From positions 130,095 through 194,094 of the forward strand of contig JBGAIF010000007.1 in assembly GCA_044225795.1 (NCBI GenBank): a stretch of DNA of 64,000 nucleotides, written 5' to 3'. Origin of the DNA: Flavipsychrobacter sp. (GTDB taxonomy: Bacteria > Bacteroidota > Bacteroidia > Chitinophagales > Chitinophagaceae). The notes under the pieces are model-generated. The model saw only the letters and a list, made by a program, of their open reading frames with translations, ran no database searches and was not told the DNA's origin. Shown in pieces: positions 1 through 10,084 of the stretch (positions are counted from its first letter, which is position 1; the number at the start of each line of letters is the position of its first letter). Position numbers and translations under genes: made by a program.

Positions 1-314
1 ACCTTCTTAGGTAAGGTGAAGAAAATGTTTGGCCCTGCACGCATAGACCACATCTGGTCAAAATCTTCGTCCTTACAGTTTTCCAGTACAGCGAGAGAAT
101 CAGCGACATTCTTATCAAACTCGGCTACCAACGCGTCTGTGGTAGCCACATCCGGTGTGAGGTACTCGCCCTTGGCAAAGTCCAGTTCAGTGGTCTTCAT
201 GATCATAGACATCCAGCCTGCCAGCTCCGCGACATGCGCAGCAAGGCGGCCCAGTTTCATTGATCTCTGGTGTGGCTTCCAGTCATATTGTCCGTCGGGG
301 ACACATTGCAGTAT
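1..314 (-). CDS. DinB-family protein (3' part outside window)
   Basis: Manual translation from ATG at 314: MAYKDALIAELKMEAASTRKILQCVPDGQYDWKPHQRSMKLGRLAAHVAE; the WKPH..SM.LG.LA.H pattern is typical of DinB/YfiT proteins. Confidence 0.75.
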   Translation of the reverse strand, partial: MLQCVPDGQYDWKPHQRSMKLGRLAAHVAELAGWMSMIMKTTELDFAKGEYLTPDVATTDALVAEFDKNVADSLAVLENCKDEDFDQMWSMRAGPNIFFTLPKK

Positions 315-428
315 CTTGCGGGTGGAAGCAGCTTCCATTTTCAGTTCTGCTATCAAAGCGTCTTTGTATGCCATAAGTGTTCTTACATTTACAACAAAAA
401 TAGGTTTTACCCGCATTTATCAAACCGA

Positions 429-1457
429 ATGACAAGAATCATTTCTTTATTTCTTTCGTTGTCGCTGGTGCTTTTCTGTATCACCGGATGCGCGCAAAAA
501 AAAGGTGGCAAGTATATTACTGTTGCCTTTTACAATTGCGAGAACTTTTTCGACCCCGGCAATGACCCTGCTAAAGACGATGACGACTTTACACCAGGGG
601 GGAAATATCATTACACGCAAAAGATATACGAGCAGAAGCTGCATAACATCGCATCTGTGATCAGGCATATGAATGATGATAATGGCCCCGCTGTGCTCGG
701 GATGGCCGAGGTGGAAAACAATATTGTACTTAACGACCTGGTGCATGAATCAGCCATTGCCGGCAAGGGATATAAGTATGAATGGTTTGAAGGGCCGGAT
801 CCCCGTGGCATCAACGTTGCGCTACTGTATGATCCGGCAGTCTTTAAAGTACTTCACTCAGAGCCTTTGCCCGTCAACCTTTCCGCTATTGATAGCAGAT
901 CGAAGACCCGGGACATACTCTATGTGCGGGGGGTGCTGGCAGGCGACACTGTGCACCTGCTGGTAAACCACTGGCCATCACGCAGAGGCGGAGCAGATGA
1001 CAGCGAACCCAAACGGGCCATTGCCGCGCAAACAAATAAGCTGTTCATTGCAGGTATTGAACATAAATATCCGGGAAGCAAGATCATTGTCATGGGCGAT
1101 CTTAATGACAACCCCGATAATAACAGCATAACCAATGTGTTGGGTGTGCAAGGTGACAAAACCGGAGCAAGTGACAATGGATTCTATGATCCCTGGTTGG
1201 GGCTCTATAAGCGAGGAGAAGGCACAGAGGCGTTTCAACATAGCTGGAACCTGTTTGACCAGATCATCCTATCCGGGAACTTCCTGAAAAAGAACGGTCA
1301 TAAACTTACCTATGACCGGGCGGAGATCTTCAAACCCGACTTCATCATAGACAAGTATAAGGGGCATGAAGGCGAACCCCACCGCTCATTTGCCGGCACC
1401 CACTGGATAAACGGGTTTAGTGACCATTTCCCGGTGATCACTTATTTTACTAACTAG
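429..1457 (+). CDS. Endonuclease/exonuclease/phosphatase (EEP) family lipoprotein
   Basis: Signal peptide ending LFCITGC; EEP motifs FYNCENFFD, MAEVEN, VNHWPSRRGG, VMGDLND, FSDHFPV. Start taken at ATG 429. Confidence 0.9.
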   Translation: MTRIISLFLSLSLVLFCITGCAQKKGGKYITVAFYNCENFFDPGNDPAKDDDDFTPGGKYHYTQKIYEQKLHNIASVIRHMNDDNGPAVLGMAEVENNIVLNDLVHESAIAGKGYKYEWFEGPDPRGINVALLYDPAVFKVLHSEPLPVNLSAIDSRSKTRDILYVRGVLAGDTVHLLVNHWPSRRGGADDSEPKRAIAAQTNKLFIAGIEHKYPGSKIIVMGDLNDNPDNNSITNVLGVQGDKTGASDNGFYDPWLGLYKRGEGTEAFQHSWNLFDQIILSGNFLKKNGHKLTYDRAEIFKPDFIIDKYKGHEGEPHRSFAGTHWINGFSDHFPVITYFTN

Positions 1458-1545
1458 TTAATTTTCATTAATACACAATAATTTTTACTCATATCCAGTT
1501 TATATATTTAGGCATTTCCACTACCTTTGCCGCTAATTTTACTCT

Positions 1546-2055
1546 TTGCTCAGGACAGTAAGACATATCATTGTAGGGACCATTGATTTTTTTCACAAAC
1601 CCTTTGCCCGTTTCATACCTACGCAAACTTTCCGCTACCTCGCCTGCGGCGGAACAAATACTGTTCTGAACATTTTTATACAATTCCTGGCAATAAACTA
1701 TGTGCTGCATAGGAAGCCGGTGCACATATACGGCAACTTTAATATTACACCCGAGGTTGGCGCCTACGCAATTGCGTTCTGCTTTAGTTTCCCTCCGGGT
1801 TTTATTTTGTCTCGTTATATTGTTTTTCCTGAATCCAACCTGCACGGCCGGGTTCAGTTATTCCGCTACCTGCTCACCACGGTCACATTCATAGCCTTCA
1901 CCTACCTGCTCGTCAGATTCTTTGCCTACGTGAACCCCGAACATCCAACCATATCCTACGCTATCGTGTGTGTGATGACCGCCATCATGAGCTATATCTC
2001 CCAACGAACATTCACCTTTAAGGTAAAGGCCGAGGAAGAAGAGATAGTTAGCTGA
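1546..2055 (+). CDS. GtrA-family membrane protein
   Basis: FRYLACGGTNTVLNI and GRVQLFRY motifs; four hydrophobic segments. Confidence 0.8.
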   Translation: MLRTVRHIIVGTIDFFHKPFARFIPTQTFRYLACGGTNTVLNIFIQFLAINYVLHRKPVHIYGNFNITPEVGAYAIAFCFSFPPGFILSRYIVFPESNLHGRVQLFRYLLTTVTFIAFTYLLVRFFAYVNPEHPTISYAIVCVMTAIMSYISQRTFTFKVKAEEEEIVS

Positions 2056-2126
2056 AGATTATCTTTCGTCATCTACCGGCGCTATTCGCTCCAATTTATT
2101 ATGTTTACATTCATCAATCTGATGTT

Positions 2127-3140
2127 ATGAAGAAGGTTATCTATGGCCTGGTGGCTGCTCTCATATTATTCACAGGTATCACATCTGCGTGGGCGTGGGG
2201 CGTTTGGGGGCACAACCACATCAATAAAGGCGCTGTGCTGGCACTACCCACAGAGATGGGCATGTTCTTTTACAACCACTCCGATTTCCTGACAGAAGAA
2301 TCAACTGTGCCCGACCTGAGAAAATATACGATCAACGACAAGGCGGAATTTTGCAGGCACTATGTAAATCTCGAAAAATACAAGTACACCTCACGTAACA
2401 TGATGCCTCATTCAATAAAAGAACTGAATGAAAAGTACGGCAAAGATTCTACTGATAAATTCGGTATCCTGCCCTGGTATATACAGCAGATGATGACGCA
2501 GCTTACCGAGGCGTTCAGAAAGAAACAAAAGACGGAAATATTGTTCCTTGCCGGCGACCTGGGCCACTATATAGCAGATGCGCATATGCCACTGCATACA
2601 ACCGTGAACCACGATGGCCAACTCTCAGGGCAAAATGGCATTCACTCATTCTGGGAGTCACAATTGCCTGAACTGTTTGGCAAGAACTATAATCTCTTTA
2701 CAGGTGAAGCACACTACATCAAAAATATAGAACAAGCTACATGGGATATCATAGACAGCAGCTACGGCCTTAAAGAAGAGCTGCTGCAGGAAGAGCGCAA
2801 AATGAAGCGTGATAATCCGGAGGAGAAACAGTATGAGATAGGCGCAGATGGCAAACCAAAGAAGAACGACTTCGGGCAAAAGGTGCACACCTATGAATAT
2901 GCCCATGTGTATCATGAACTGCTGAACGGCATGGTAGAGAAGCAAATGAAGGCCGCCATACAACATACCGCCGACTTCTGGTACACAGCATGGGTAAATG
3001 CAGGCAAGCCCGACCTCAGTGACCTTGACCCGGACTATGTAACAGAGCGCAACAAGCCATTCTATAAGCAGGATATGAAGGCCTGGCAAAAGGGGAAAGT
3101 TCGCGGATGCAAATCAAATAAGGAATACAACCTCAAATAA
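2127..3140 (+). CDS. S1/P1 nuclease / zinc-dependent phospholipase C family, exported
   Basis: Mature N-terminus WGVWGH after an AWA signal cleavage site; LGHYIADAHMPLH and GIHSFWE zinc-ligand motifs. Confidence 0.85.
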   Translation: MKKVIYGLVAALILFTGITSAWAWGVWGHNHINKGAVLALPTEMGMFFYNHSDFLTEESTVPDLRKYTINDKAEFCRHYVNLEKYKYTSRNMMPHSIKELNEKYGKDSTDKFGILPWYIQQMMTQLTEAFRKKQKTEILFLAGDLGHYIADAHMPLHTTVNHDGQLSGQNGIHSFWESQLPELFGKNYNLFTGEAHYIKNIEQATWDIIDSSYGLKEELLQEERKMKRDNPEEKQYEIGADGKPKKNDFGQKVHTYEYAHVYHELLNGMVEKQMKAAIQHTADFWYTAWVNAGKPDLSDLDPDYVTERNKPFYKQDMKAWQKGKVRGCKSNKEYNLK

Positions 3141-3164
3141 TATCTGCAATACAAAACAAACCGT

Positions 3165-3641
3165 ATGATATACAGATCGCTTTCTTCCGTCGTTTTTGTG
3201 ATTATGGTATTTGCCGCATCATTTTGTTGTGCACAGCAGGGTGCTAACTACAAGAAAATGGAAGCAGAAGTGCTGAAGCTTGTCAACGAGCACCGCACAG
3301 GAATGGGGCTGAAACCGCTTCGCGCAAATGGTATGATAACAGCCGCCGCCGAACGCCACACAAAGAACATGGCGACGAAGCAGATCCCTTTTGGCCACGA
3401 CAGGTTCAACGAGCGAATGGCCGACCTTAATAAACAACTGAAGCCTGTGTATTCCTTTGCAGAGAATGTAGCCTATGGCGCACAAAACGCAAAAGAAGTA
3501 GTAGATCAGTGGCTGAATAGCGCCGAGCATAAAAAGAACATGGAGGGGAAGGATTACAACATCACCGGAATAGGTATTCAGAAAGGCACCGATGGCGTAC
3601 TGTACTTCACCGAAATATTCCTCTACAGGGTAAGTCAGTAG
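3165..3641 (+). CDS. CAP/SCP domain protein
   Basis: LVNEHR, AENVAYG, WLNSAEHKKNM, GIGI motifs. Confidence 0.9.
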   Translation: MIYRSLSSVVFVIMVFAASFCCAQQGANYKKMEAEVLKLVNEHRTGMGLKPLRANGMITAAAERHTKNMATKQIPFGHDRFNERMADLNKQLKPVYSFAENVAYGAQNAKEVVDQWLNSAEHKKNMEGKDYNITGIGIQKGTDGVLYFTEIFLYRVSQ

Positions 3642-4903
3642 CCGTACTTTTCTTTCCAGCAATTGCGGAGGTATTCACGTATGCGTGCTTCAGAAGCATT
3701 GTTAGCCGGATCGTACAACTTCGTACCAACTATCTTTTCCGGCAGAAATTCCTGGTCAACAAAATTGCCGGGAAAGTCGTGCGCATACTTGTAGCCCTTA
3801 CCATAGTCCAGTTTCTTCATCAGCCCGGTGGGCGCATTCCTGATGGGCAGTGGCACAGGCAGGTCTCCTGTCTTCTCTACCAGTGCCTGCGCCTGGTTGA
3901 TAGCCATGTATGCGGCATTACTCTTGGGTGATGACGCGAGATATGTAGCAGTCTGCGATAGTATGATGCGGCACTCAGGATAACCGATCATCTCTACTGC
4001 CTGGAAGCAACCGGTGGCCAGCAATAGCGCATTAGGATTGGCATTGCCTATATCTTCACTGGCCAGTATCACCATTCGTCTTGCTATGAACTTTGGATCT
4101 TCACCACCGGCTATCATACGGGCCAGCCAGTAAACGGCGCCATTCGGGTCGCTGCCACGCATTGATTTGATAAAGGCAGAAATGATGTCATAATGTTGCT
4201 CTCCCGTTTTATCATAGAGCGCCATCTTCTTCTGAACTATGTCCTGCACTATATCGTTGGTCACAGACTTATCATTATCGGGCAGCGAGGAAGCGATCAG
4301 TTCCACCAGGTTCAGCAGGCGACGGGCATCGCCGCCGCTCAGTTGCATCAATGCCCCCCACTCCTTTATCTCCAGGTGTTGCGCGGCCAGCCACTCATCT
4401 TTTTCGATGGCCTGGTGCACAAGTGCCTGCATATGCTCCTCGGTCAGCGCCTTCAATACATAGACCTGGCAACGGCTGAGCAATGCACCGATCACCTCAA
4501 AAGAAGGGTTTTCAGTAGTTGCCCCTATCAGTGTGATGACCCCCTTTTCTACGGCGCCCAACAAGCTGTCCTGCTGCGCTTTGTTGAACCGGTGTATCTC
4601 ATCAATGAACAGCACAGCATGACCACTCCTGCGCGCCATATCTATAACATTGCGCACTTCCTTCACCCCACTGTCTATAGCACTCAGTGTGAAGAACGGA
4701 ACATTGAGAGATCGTGCGATTATCTGCGCAAGGGTAGTTTTGCCTACACCCGGAGGGCCCCAGAAAATAACCGAATGCGCCTTGCCACTGTGTATCATCT
4801 GCTCCAATACCTTGCCGGGCGCCACAAGGTGTTCCTGCCCGATAAAATCCTGCAGTGATTCCGGGCGAACACGCTCGGCGAGTGGAATATGCGAGCCGGT
4901 CAT
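3635..4903 (-). CDS. rarA: Replication-associated recombination protein A (RarA/MgsA)
   Basis: PLAERVRP, Walker A GPPGVGKTT, LFIDEIHRFNKAQQD, ATTENPSFEV, HYDIISAFIKSMRGSDP. Confidence 0.97.
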   Translation of the reverse strand: MTGSHIPLAERVRPESLQDFIGQEHLVAPGKVLEQMIHSGKAHSVIFWGPPGVGKTTLAQIIARSLNVPFFTLSAIDSGVKEVRNVIDMARRSGHAVLFIDEIHRFNKAQQDSLLGAVEKGVITLIGATTENPSFEVIGALLSRCQVYVLKALTEEHMQALVHQAIEKDEWLAAQHLEIKEWGALMQLSGGDARRLLNLVELIASSLPDNDKSVTNDIVQDIVQKKMALYDKTGEQHYDIISAFIKSMRGSDPNGAVYWLARMIAGGEDPKFIARRMVILASEDIGNANPNALLLATGCFQAVEMIGYPECRIILSQTATYLASSPKSNAAYMAINQAQALVEKTGDLPVPLPIRNAPTGLMKKLDYGKGYKYAHDFPGNFVDQEFLPEKIVGTKLYDPANNASEARIREYLRNCWKEKYGY

Positions 4904-4947
4904 TTTTTTATGCTTCTGTTTTCAACTTAATACCTAAATTAGCCCGT

Positions 4948-5523
4948 ATGTTACGACTATTATCCACACTCTTCTGCATGATACTTGCCTGCAACGGGAT
5001 GGCGCAAGTGAACAAAAATACGGAAATAGACTATAAGCAAACGGGGGCACCGATGCCTTCATTCCTGCTTGTATCTGTTTATGACTCCAATTACTATAAG
5101 AGCAGCGGGAAAAAGAATGACGATGCAAAAATGAGCACGCCCGCGCCCACTCCGAAATACTTTACAGACAAAGACGTAAACAACGGCGCCAACCTGTTTG
5201 TGATGATGTTCAATCCTACCTGCTCTCACTGCGAAGGGGTGGCCAAAATGCTGGAGAAGAACCTGTCTTTATTTAAGCAGACCAAGATCGTATTTATGGC
5301 TAAGAGCATCATGCAGCCGTACCTGCCCGATTTCATACATTCTTACCACATAGACAGGCACCCCAACGAAATGTATATCGGCACAGACAGTACCGGGTTC
5401 ATAGACAAGACATTCCTATATACTGCACTGCCGCAAATAAACATCTATAACGGGGAAAGAAAACTGCTTAAGATCTACACCGGCGAGCTGGAGCTGGATA
5501 GTCTTAAGCAGTATATTCAGTGA
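4948..5523 (+). CDS. Exported thioredoxin-fold (redoxin-like) protein
   Basis: Signal peptide; FNPTCSHCE CxxC motif; start at ATG 4948. Confidence 0.7.
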   Translation: MLRLLSTLFCMILACNGMAQVNKNTEIDYKQTGAPMPSFLLVSVYDSNYYKSSGKKNDDAKMSTPAPTPKYFTDKDVNNGANLFVMMFNPTCSHCEGVAKMLEKNLSLFKQTKIVFMAKSIMQPYLPDFIHSYHIDRHPNEMYIGTDSTGFIDKTFLYTALPQINIYNGERKLLKIYTGELELDSLKQYIQ

Positions 5524-5600
5524 GTAATGTCTCCCCTAAAGGATCATCAACCCTTCATGTAATCAATTAGTTACAGGTATCCCGGTGCCAATGGTGCGGA

Positions 5601-6101
5601 TCAGGCCATTGCAGGGGTATTGCCGGTAGCAGCTACGCCTTCGGCCTTGTTCTTGACGTAAGCGCGCACCTTACGAACGTAGTCAAAATAACCCATCTGC
5701 ATACGGATCGTAAATACCGTGAAGATGAGCAGCCCTATACCAAGCATGGTATAGATGATCTGAACTTCGTTTGGCGCGGCAAACCAAAGAACCACTGAAG
5801 CTCCGAAAAGGAAGCTACAGAAAATGACGATAAGCAGCGGACCACCGAGATCCAGCTTACGCATTTTTGAAGTGATCACGACTTTTGTCTTACCACCCTC
5901 TTCCTTCATATCAACTTCTGTGATCGGAAGAGTTTTGATAGCATTAACCTGCTCCGCATGCGGAATAATGCTCAATGTGTGGTCTTTCTCAAGGACCTCA
6001 AAATCTAAGTCGTGGATCTTTACATGCTTTCCAACAAGCCTGTTTTTAAGGTCTTCTTTGGAAATCGAGAACTGATAACGGTGTGTGCTTGTAAACAACA
6101 T
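5601..6101 (-). CDS. Hypothetical membrane protein
   Basis: 166-aa ORF with two C-terminal hydrophobic helices. Confidence 0.65.
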   Translation of the reverse strand: MLFTSTHRYQFSISKEDLKNRLVGKHVKIHDLDFEVLEKDHTLSIIPHAEQVNAIKTLPITEVDMKEEGGKTKVVITSKMRKLDLGGPLLIVIFCSFLFGASVVLWFAAPNEVQIIYTMLGIGLLIFTVFTIRMQMGYFDYVRKVRAYVKNKAEGVAATGNTPAMA

Positions 6102-6241
6102 AGGCTCCGTTTTTTATTGTGAGAGAACTGATACCATGAAGATAAGAATATTTTGTTTGAATATCAAAATCTTCAATAGTAATATAAATCAAATACAATA
6201 ATCGTGCCAGATTGCAATTTTGGTAACAGAAACTTAATATA

Positions 6242-9200
6242 TTATTTATTACCAATTATCCGGAAGTAGCTTTCTACCATATCCCTGTAGTATGGCCTGA
6301 GCTGCGGGGGAACCGTTCTGTACAGCTCCAGGAGCTGTTTTTGGTCGGTCATGTATTTCTGCAATTCCGGGGGTACCGGGCGGCTGATATCCTCAGCCGA
6401 CTTTGACGACCGTTTATCATCCTGCTCCTGGTCCCGGATTGCCTTATCTACCTCCAGCATACGCGTCATAATATCCCTCTGGCGTTTCACCAGGTCGCTG
6501 TTTATTTTTCTGTTCACAAGGTCGGTCTCGTTCTTGTCCATGTTCTGCTCTATTTCACGCAGCTCTCTGGCAGCCCCGTTCACCCCTTTACTATTCAGTT
6601 GGCTTGATAGCTCCTGTATCTTACGGCGCAGTGCCGCCTGCCGCTGTGCCAGCCTTGCCAGCTCTTCTGAGCTTCCATATTCACCATCGCTATTGCCTGT
6701 ACCATTCTGGCCTCCGCCACCGGGGTTATTCCCCTGGTTACCGGTTTTGCCTTGCCCCGGTTTATCACCGGGTTTGTCGCCCGGCTTGTCTCCGGGTTTA
6801 TCTCCCGGCTTATCCCCCGGTTTATCGCCGGGCTTCTGGCCCTGCCTGCGCGCCATCTGCTGCATGGCATTACCTATCTGTTCCTGCCCCGTGATAATAT
6901 CAGACAATTGCTTGCCCGGACCCGGGCCATCATTCTTACCCGATTTTTTACCATTGTTCATAGGCCCGGGCTTTGATCCGGGTTTAGAGCAAGAACCCTC
7001 TCCTGCACCGTCTTTCTTACCTTCCTCTTCCTTTTGTATGAGCTTCGAAAGCAGATCGTTGAGCATAAGCGCCAGCTCATTGATCTTGGTCATCGAGTAT
7101 TGTTCATTGCTGGCAGCCAGACCAATGTTGCGGGCCTCAATGGCATCAAGCGACAACTGCATATGATGTTCCAGGTCTGCTGTGGTCTTGTTGACAGTGG
7201 CGGCAAGATCAGGCACTTTCTTGCTTAATGAGAACATACTGTCACGCACCATCATCGAGTTTCTGTGCAGCCTGTTCTGTTCCTCCTGGTTCACGAGATA
7301 TTGCTGACTGGCGGGCGATGTTGCCTTCACCTTCCCCATCAGGTCTTCCTGGTCAAATGAAAGACGGATAAGGTTGCTGAGTATCTGGCGCGTCATGCGG
7401 ATATCTATCTCTATCTCCTCCATGCTCTTCTCGCCGGCCTTTTTGCGCAGCGACTTAGCCATATCCTCAAGGTTCTTAGCCGCCTTACTCTGTGCCTTAC
7501 TTGCTTTACTTTTCTGGCCGCTGCCAAGGTCTTCCTCGCTTTCCTGCATATCATCGCCTGCCTGCTTACCCATGTTCTCCTCATTCTCCAGCCTGTCGCT
7601 CTGTTTCGATTCCTTTGCCAGCTTCTGGGTTTCCTTCATATCCTCTTTCATGGCCTTCTCCAACTGATCCCGGAGGTTCTTTTGCTCTTTTGCCAGTGCC
7701 GCAGCATCCTTATCCATGGGCTTTTGCTCTCCACTCTTTGCGTCTGCGCCTTGCTTATTTTCCGGCTTCGCGTCTTTCTTCTCGCCGGCTACATCCTTGC
7801 CCTCTTTGGCCTCTTTCCCGTCTTTAGCATCCTTCTTATCCGCAGTGTCTTTGCCATCCTTGTCTTTACCATCGGCTTTATCTTTCAGATCCTTGCTACC
7901 TTTGTTATCTTTCCCGTCCTTCGATTCCTTGTTGTCCTTATTGTCCTTCTGCCCACTGTTATCGCCCTTATCCTTATCACCCTCCTTGCTCTTCATGGCA
8001 TCTGTTTTTGCCTGCAGATCCCTTTCTTTCTTTGCCAGGTCATCCAGCTTATTGGCCATATCCTCCATACGCATCTGCATCTCCATCTTCTTCACAAGAT
8101 CCTGCATGCGCTCCATGTCCATCTTGAACAGCTTATTGTCCTGCTCCATTTGCTTCATTGCTTCCAGCAGGTTCTCCTTGTTCAGTTTATTCATCAGCTC
8201 CTGCAGCTTCTTCATCTCTTCGTTCAGCTCTTTGTTCAGCAGGTTATCCAGTTGCTTGTCCAGCTCTTTCTGTTTTTCGCGCAGGTCATCGCTATACTTC
8301 TTCTGTTCTGTCTGTTGTTTCTGTTCATCAAAGCGCTGCCTGATGTTCTCCATGGCCGTCTTGAGGTCCATCTGGCGCTTCATCATTTCCTGCAGCGACT
8401 GTTGTTGTTCCCAATCAAGATTATTGCTTTGCAGCATTTTGCTCTGCATGCTCTTATAATCTGTCTGCAACTGCTGTGTCTTCTCAGCGCTGTTGCTCAG
8501 CCCCGAATTGATCTGCGCAGAATTATCGTTGATCACCGAATCAAGCTGCTTCTCATTATACATGAGGTAGGTCATCACATCGCTTCGCGAAGACTTGCTG
8601 CCATGCACACCGTCATTGTCCCATGCCTCTATGTAGTACGATACTTTCTGCCCGGTTTGCAGGTTCAGGGTCTGCAGATCGAAATATTGCTGGAAAGCAG
8701 ACATTGCACCCGGAGTTATCTTCACCGGTATGCTCTTGCTGGTCACTACTTTATTCTTATCACTGATCTCGTAATTGAAAGAGACGCGTGTGATGCTGTA
8801 ATCATCGCCCGCGCTGCCGGCGAGCAGTATCTGCTTACCCGATACCGAGTCTTTCAACTGCTGCAACTGGATCACAGGATACTGGTCGGGGATCACCTGC
8901 ACATTGTATCGGTAACTATCTGCCACACCTGCGCTCTTGTTGTACAGCGTGATGGTGTATGCCGTATCATTCATGAAGCGATACTGATGCGTGTATTGAA
9001 CGCCATCCTTAGCCAACGCTACTGCCGCACCACTGCCAAAATGAATTGTAGCCGCATCTGTATGATCGGTGACCAACGACCAACTGATGGTAGTGCCGGC
9101 GGGCACGGTCATATCGCTGAGGCTGGTACGTGCTTCGTTCTTACGGCCGGTATAAGCCGGATAGTTCACCTGTACTTTGAACGACCTGAGCACCGGGCGT

Positions 9201-10036
9201 TGCACCACCTTCAATACATTGGGGCCTGAATAGAATCCCGCGGCATAAAAACGGAAGTTCACTGTTTCGGTAAGGTTCCGGAAAGTATATTGAAACGTAT
9301 GATGTTCTCCTGGCTGCATCGGCACCCGCTCGCCACCTATCTCTATCCAGGCATCCTGCGGCAGCGCATTACCCGTCACTTCCACGTTCAGTGTATAGTC
9401 TGCATTGCGCAGCGCTATCAGCGAATTGTTCTTAATGATAAAATGAAAAGGCGATGGTTTCTCAAATGCCTTTGTCGGCTGCAGCAACCTCGTTGATGCC
9501 TCTGAAAAAATATTGGGTGCTACTACCAGTATCACCACAGCTACCAGCAGTAATGGCAACAGGTAGGGCAGGTATTTCCTGTTCTTTGAAAAGTCCACTG
9601 CCTTATTGATGGGCACTACCGATATCTGGCCTATCTTCTGGTTGATGCTGGCCTCTGCCAACTCGCGGCTGGCTATCCCGTCATGTTGCTTTTTCAGTTG
9701 CAGTATGTTCAGCAGCCGGTCGCTGACCTCCGGAAAATGTGTACCGATGATCTGCGCGGCCTGCTCGTGTGAGATGACATTGCCCAGCCTCGCCATCCTG
9801 GCCAGTGGTATGGCCACCCATGCCACCAGCGCCAGCAAGCCCAGCACCACGAACGCGGACACAATGGCTACGCGCGCCCATACCGGCAGGTACAGGTAGT
9901 ACTCGCCGACACTGACACTCAGAACGTAAAACAGTATGCAGCTCAGGAAAACGAGTACACCTCTTATTACTTTGTTCGCGTAGTATCTGCGTATGAAATC
10001 ATCCAGCTTCGAGATCAGCCACTCGTAATTGTTCAT
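6242..10036 (-). CDS. Large membrane-anchored coiled-coil protein (DUF4175-like)
   Basis: N-terminal TM segments, Ig-like region (DDYSITRV, YYIEAWDNDG), long Q/K/E coiled coil, low-complexity linkers, C-terminal LRPYYRDMVESYF. Confidence 0.75.
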   Translation of the reverse strand: MNNYEWLISKLDDFIRRYYANKVIRGVLVFLSCILFYVLSVSVGEYYLYLPVWARVAIVSAFVVLGLLALVAWVAIPLARMARLGNVISHEQAAQIIGTHFPEVSDRLLNILQLKKQHDGIASRELAEASINQKIGQISVVPINKAVDFSKNRKYLPYLLPLLLVAVVILVVAPNIFSEASTRLLQPTKAFEKPSPFHFIIKNNSLIALRNADYTLNVEVTGNALPQDAWIEIGGERVPMQPGEHHTFQYTFRNLTETVNFRFYAAGFYSGPNVLKVVQRPVLRSFKVQVNYPAYTGRKNEARTSLSDMTVPAGTTISWSLVTDHTDAATIHFGSGAAVALAKDGVQYTHQYRFMNDTAYTITLYNKSAGVADSYRYNVQVIPDQYPVIQLQQLKDSVSGKQILLAGSAGDDYSITRVSFNYEISDKNKVVTSKSIPVKITPGAMSAFQQYFDLQTLNLQTGQKVSYYIEAWDNDGVHGSKSSRSDVMTYLMYNEKQLDSVINDNSAQINSGLSNSAEKTQQLQTDYKSMQSKMLQSNNLDWEQQQSLQEMMKRQMDLKTAMENIRQRFDEQKQQTEQKKYSDDLREKQKELDKQLDNLLNKELNEEMKKLQELMNKLNKENLLEAMKQMEQDNKLFKMDMERMQDLVKKMEMQMRMEDMANKLDDLAKKERDLQAKTDAMKSKEGDKDKGDNSGQKDNKDNKESKDGKDNKGSKDLKDKADGKDKDGKDTADKKDAKDGKEAKEGKDVAGEKKDAKPENKQGADAKSGEQKPMDKDAAALAKEQKNLRDQLEKAMKEDMKETQKLAKESKQSDRLENEENMGKQAGDDMQESEEDLGSGQKSKASKAQSKAAKNLEDMAKSLRKKAGEKSMEEIEIDIRMTRQILSNLIRLSFDQEDLMGKVKATSPASQQYLVNQEEQNRLHRNSMMVRDSMFSLSKKVPDLAATVNKTTADLEHHMQLSLDAIEARNIGLAASNEQYSMTKINELALMLNDLLSKLIQKEEEGKKDGAGEGSCSKPGSKPGPMNNGKKSGKNDGPGPGKQLSDIITGQEQIGNAMQQMARRQGQKPGDKPGDKPGDKPGDKPGDKPGDKPGQGKTGNQGNNPGGGGQNGTGNSDGEYGSSEELARLAQRQAALRRKIQELSSQLNSKGVNGAARELREIEQNMDKNETDLVNRKINSDLVKRQRDIMTRMLEVDKAIRDQEQDDKRSSKSAEDISRPVPPELQKYMTDQKQLLELYRTVPPQLRPYYRDMVESYFRIIGNK
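6755..6835 (-). repeat. Coding 12-bp tandem repeat, (DKPG)x6 plus KPG
   Basis: Six 12-bp units read directly; synonymous positions differ between units. Confidence 0.95.
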
Positions 10037-10084
10037 AGTTATCGCGCTCCCCGCAATTTACTGGATTTTTTGGTGTAAAAAAGG

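Noticed and set aside
4960-4968. Perfect DnaA box TTATCCACA near the rarA start
   Set aside because: Isolated and inside a CDS; about 0.5 copies are expected by chance in 64 kb on both strands.
7682-9229. 515-aa plus-strand ORF and similar long antisense ORFs (6351-7166, 50709-51458, 51779-52561)
   Set aside because: Shadows of well-supported genes on the opposite strand, with L/F/H-biased non-protein-like composition.
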